Shown here: positions 5,329 through 6,516 of the stretch, in pieces
How the letters are laid out: each line of letters begins with the position of its first letter
How positions within the stretch are numbered: position 1 is the stretch's first letter
Assembly (NCBI RefSeq): GCF_040403615.1
Contig: NZ_JBBAKG010000184.1
Coordinates: 1 to 6,516 of the forward strand
Reading direction: 5' to 3'
Source of the DNA: Haliscomenobacter sp.
GTDB lineage: Bacteria; Bacteroidota; Bacteroidia; Chitinophagales; Saprospiraceae
Length of the DNA stretch: 6,516 nucleotides
The notes under the pieces: model-generated
The model's input: only the letters and a program-made list of their open reading frames with translations
The model's database searches: none
What the model was told of the DNA's origin: nothing
Translations under genes and position numbers: made by a program

Positions 5329-5769
5329 ATGACAGCATTGAGTGGATTAAAGTTGACAGCTGCACAAAAAGCAACATCACTGCCGCCTGTGCAGCAGCGT
5401 CGAAAAAAGTTGGTGAAACGTATTTGGGAGCAGATTGAACTTGCACGTGCAGAACAAGCTGGTACTAAATTTGCACCCGTCAAACTTCGCAGCTACACAG
5501 ACAAAGAATCGGGTGTACGCAAACAAGTTGAAACAAACAAGCGTGTCAAAGCGTGGTGGTTTACAGCAGACAACGGCAAGTTGGCGTTGAGTGTTCGCTT
5601 CGGACCCAAAGTGCTGGAGCTTGCAAAGGGCAAGTTTGCAGTTGAAGTTGCAGACAAAGCAGACTTGATCAACACATTAGAAGTGGTACGCACAGCAGTT
5701 GACAGCGGCGAACTTGATGATGCTATTGAAAACGCTGCGAAGAAACTGCGTGAAGGCTTTGCTCGTTGA
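5329..5769 (+). CDS. Conserved-looking hypothetical protein, 146 aa, function unknown
   Basis: Strong RBS AAGGAG (5316-5321) lies 7 nt upstream of the ATG. The composition is protein-like, with RRKKLVKRIWEQIELARAEQ, KRVKAWWFTADNGKLALSVRFG and GELDDAIE. I believe similar proteins occur in proteobacterial islands but cannot name a family with confidence. Confidence 0.85.
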   Translation: MTALSGLKLTAAQKATSLPPVQQRRKKLVKRIWEQIELARAEQAGTKFAPVKLRSYTDKESGVRKQVETNKRVKAWWFTADNGKLALSVRFGPKVLELAKGKFAVEVADKADLINTLEVVRTAVDSGELDDAIENAAKKLREGFAR

Positions 5770-5827
5770 TGTTTTATATCTGTACTGTCAAGACCAAATA
5801 AATACGTGCAACAAGACGAGGTGACGT

Positions 5828-6256
5828 ATGCGAATATTTGAGGCTGCCAGTGCAGAAGAACAGATGGCATTGTGGAAGTTGATTAGCGGCAGTGTGTGGA
5901 CTGCAATAGAACAACAAGTTCAGCAGCAACAGCGTGAACGTGCTGCACAGGCAAAACATGCTGCAAAGGGCAAAGGTAAACGTAAACGTGTTGCCGCACC
6001 AGCTGCAATAACATTGCCTCCGCCACCACAACGTTCTGCAGCACAGCCACAGTCTGCAAACGCTGCTGCGGTAAATCCTGTGCAGACTGCTGCAAACGTT
6101 GCAACTAACGGTGCACGTTCTGCATCTTCTGCTGCAGATGTTGATGGTGATGTTGCAGGCACTGCAGACGTTGACATTGATGCTGCAGATTTACAGCAGC
6201 AGAAAAGCCGTCATACGAGTCAAAAGACGGGTGTTTGGCCGAGCAAAAGCAGTTAA
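5828..6256 (+). CDS. Hypothetical protein, 142 aa, with a short structured N-terminus followed by a long low-complexity Ala/Gln/Pro/Asp-rich tail
   Basis: RBS GAGG lies 6 nt upstream of the ATG, which is 58 nt after the upstream stop. The N-terminus reads MRIFEAASAEEQMALWKLISGSVWTAIEQQ, then a KGKGKRKR patch, then PPPPQ and a disordered tail. Overlapping alternative-frame ORFs on both strands are explained by the low complexity. Confidence 0.68.
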   Translation: MRIFEAASAEEQMALWKLISGSVWTAIEQQVQQQQRERAAQAKHAAKGKGKRKRVAAPAAITLPPPPQRSAAQPQSANAAAVNPVQTAANVATNGARSASSAADVDGDVAGTADVDIDAADLQQQKSRHTSQKTGVWPSKSS

Positions 6257-6414
6257 AAAAAATGTTGGTGAAAATGACAACAGGTATAGTAAAAATACTT
6301 TCGCACACGGTTGACGCTTTCGTGCAGCGTTATTGCGTTGCGTTCGTCGCACACCACTTTGCATTCATGCTTTTGAACTTTGAATTTGCACGGTTCGCAG
6401 TTTGGAGAGGTGAG

Positions 6415-6460
6415 TTGAAAATCCTTGTGTCGGTGGTTCGATTCCGCCCCAGGCCACCAT
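6415..6460 (+). repeat. attR: distal copy of the 46-bp repeat (displaced tRNA-Phe 3' remnant, not a gene)
   Basis: Identical to 8-53. The upstream bases (ggtgag) cannot form the anticodon stem, and no D-arm sequence lies upstream. Confidence 0.9.
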
Positions 6461-6465
6461 CTTTC

Positions 6466-6500
6466 AAAGTCAACTTTTCTCAGTTGGCTTTGTCGTTTCT
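6466..6500 (+). terminator. Hairpin plus weak T-tract; probably the original chromosomal tRNA-Phe terminator
   Basis: AAAGTCAACT (6466-6475) pairs with AGTTGGCTTT (6482-6491): 10 bp with one G-U and a 6-nt loop. It is followed by tgtcgtttct. Confidence 0.45.
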
Positions 6501-6516
6501 GGACTTTCCCAATGCC

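Larger units (their letters stand above)
8..6460. mobile_element. Integrative genomic island in tRNA-Phe (period 6407 bp), bounded by 46-bp direct repeats; possibly an integrative mobilizable element, a satellite-like element, or a decaying island
   Basis: Perfect direct repeat 8-53 / 6415-6460. The integrase gene sits next to the tRNA-proximal repeat. The interior carries accessory-type genes of unknown function and a second recombinase. Confidence 0.85.

Noticed and set aside
156-6314. Alternative-frame and antisense ORFs overlapping the called genes: 156-338, 227-445, 564-848(-), 870-1136, 896-1081(-), 904-1170(-), 1732-1980(-), 2277-2627(-), 2540-2734(-), 3035-3295(-), 3063-3266(-), 3193-3552(-), 3207-3434, 3624-4019(-), 5249-5446(-), 5301-5483(-), 5493-5870(-), 5774-6031(-), 5883-6104(-), 5920-6177(-), 6099-6314, 6105-6308(-).
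   Set aside because: Each is nested in or antisense to a longer ORF that has motifs and/or an RBS. Their translations are low-complexity or Cys/Ser/Arg-rich, typical of shadow ORFs.
6415-6460. A possible second tRNA gene.
   Set aside because: Only the 3' 45 nt are present. The upstream bases cannot form the anticodon stem and there is no D-arm or 5' acceptor strand. It is the attR remnant.
6262-6516. Open reading frame (frame 1, ATG 6262) with no stop up to the window edge. It is not in the ORF track, probably because it is open-ended.
   Set aside because: It reads straight through attR, the tRNA-Phe remnant and the terminator hairpin. It has no RBS, and the translation (..RFRPRPPSFKVNFSQ..) is not protein-like. 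It is most likely a chance open frame.
1-6516. CRISPR arrays, rRNA, IS elements with terminal inverted repeats, toxin-antitoxin pairs, retron or reverse-transcriptase signatures.
   Set aside because: I saw no regularly spaced repeats, no transposase, RT or nuclease motifs, and no small adjacent gene pair with TA-like features.

Overview
The window is essentially one complete, small (~6.4 kb) integrative island inserted into the 3' end of a tRNA-Phe(GAA) gene. The 3' half of the tRNA (1-52) opens the window. A perfect 46-bp copy of its 3' segment recurs at 6415-6460 (8-53 = 6415-6460, attL/attR). Between the repeats, in order:
- a ~415-aa tyrosine integrase split by a frameshift (169-1420)
- a 4-TM membrane protein with foreign codon usage (1582-2109)
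- an H-NS-N-terminal-like protein with a histone-like basic tail and no recognisable H-NS DNA-binding domain (2353-2655)
- a 310-aa protein of unknown function (2669-3601)
- a convergent 190-aa catalytic-domain-only tyrosine recombinase with FimB/FimE-like architecture (3598-4170, minus strand)
- a 1.15-kb ORF-poor region rich in motifs and hairpins (4183-5328), containing sigma70-like promoters bracketed by an 11-bp inverted repeat
- a two-gene operon of unknown function (5329-5769, 5828-6256)

I see no replication, conjugation, packaging, CRISPR, rRNA or recognisable defence genes. The best candidate for something undescribed is the small recombinase together with the adjacent ORF-free region. 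That region could be an invertible promoter switch, a long structured leader or ncRNA, or an oriT/iteron locus. All calls come from reading motifs by eye; no database search or folding was run, so functional names are hypotheses.
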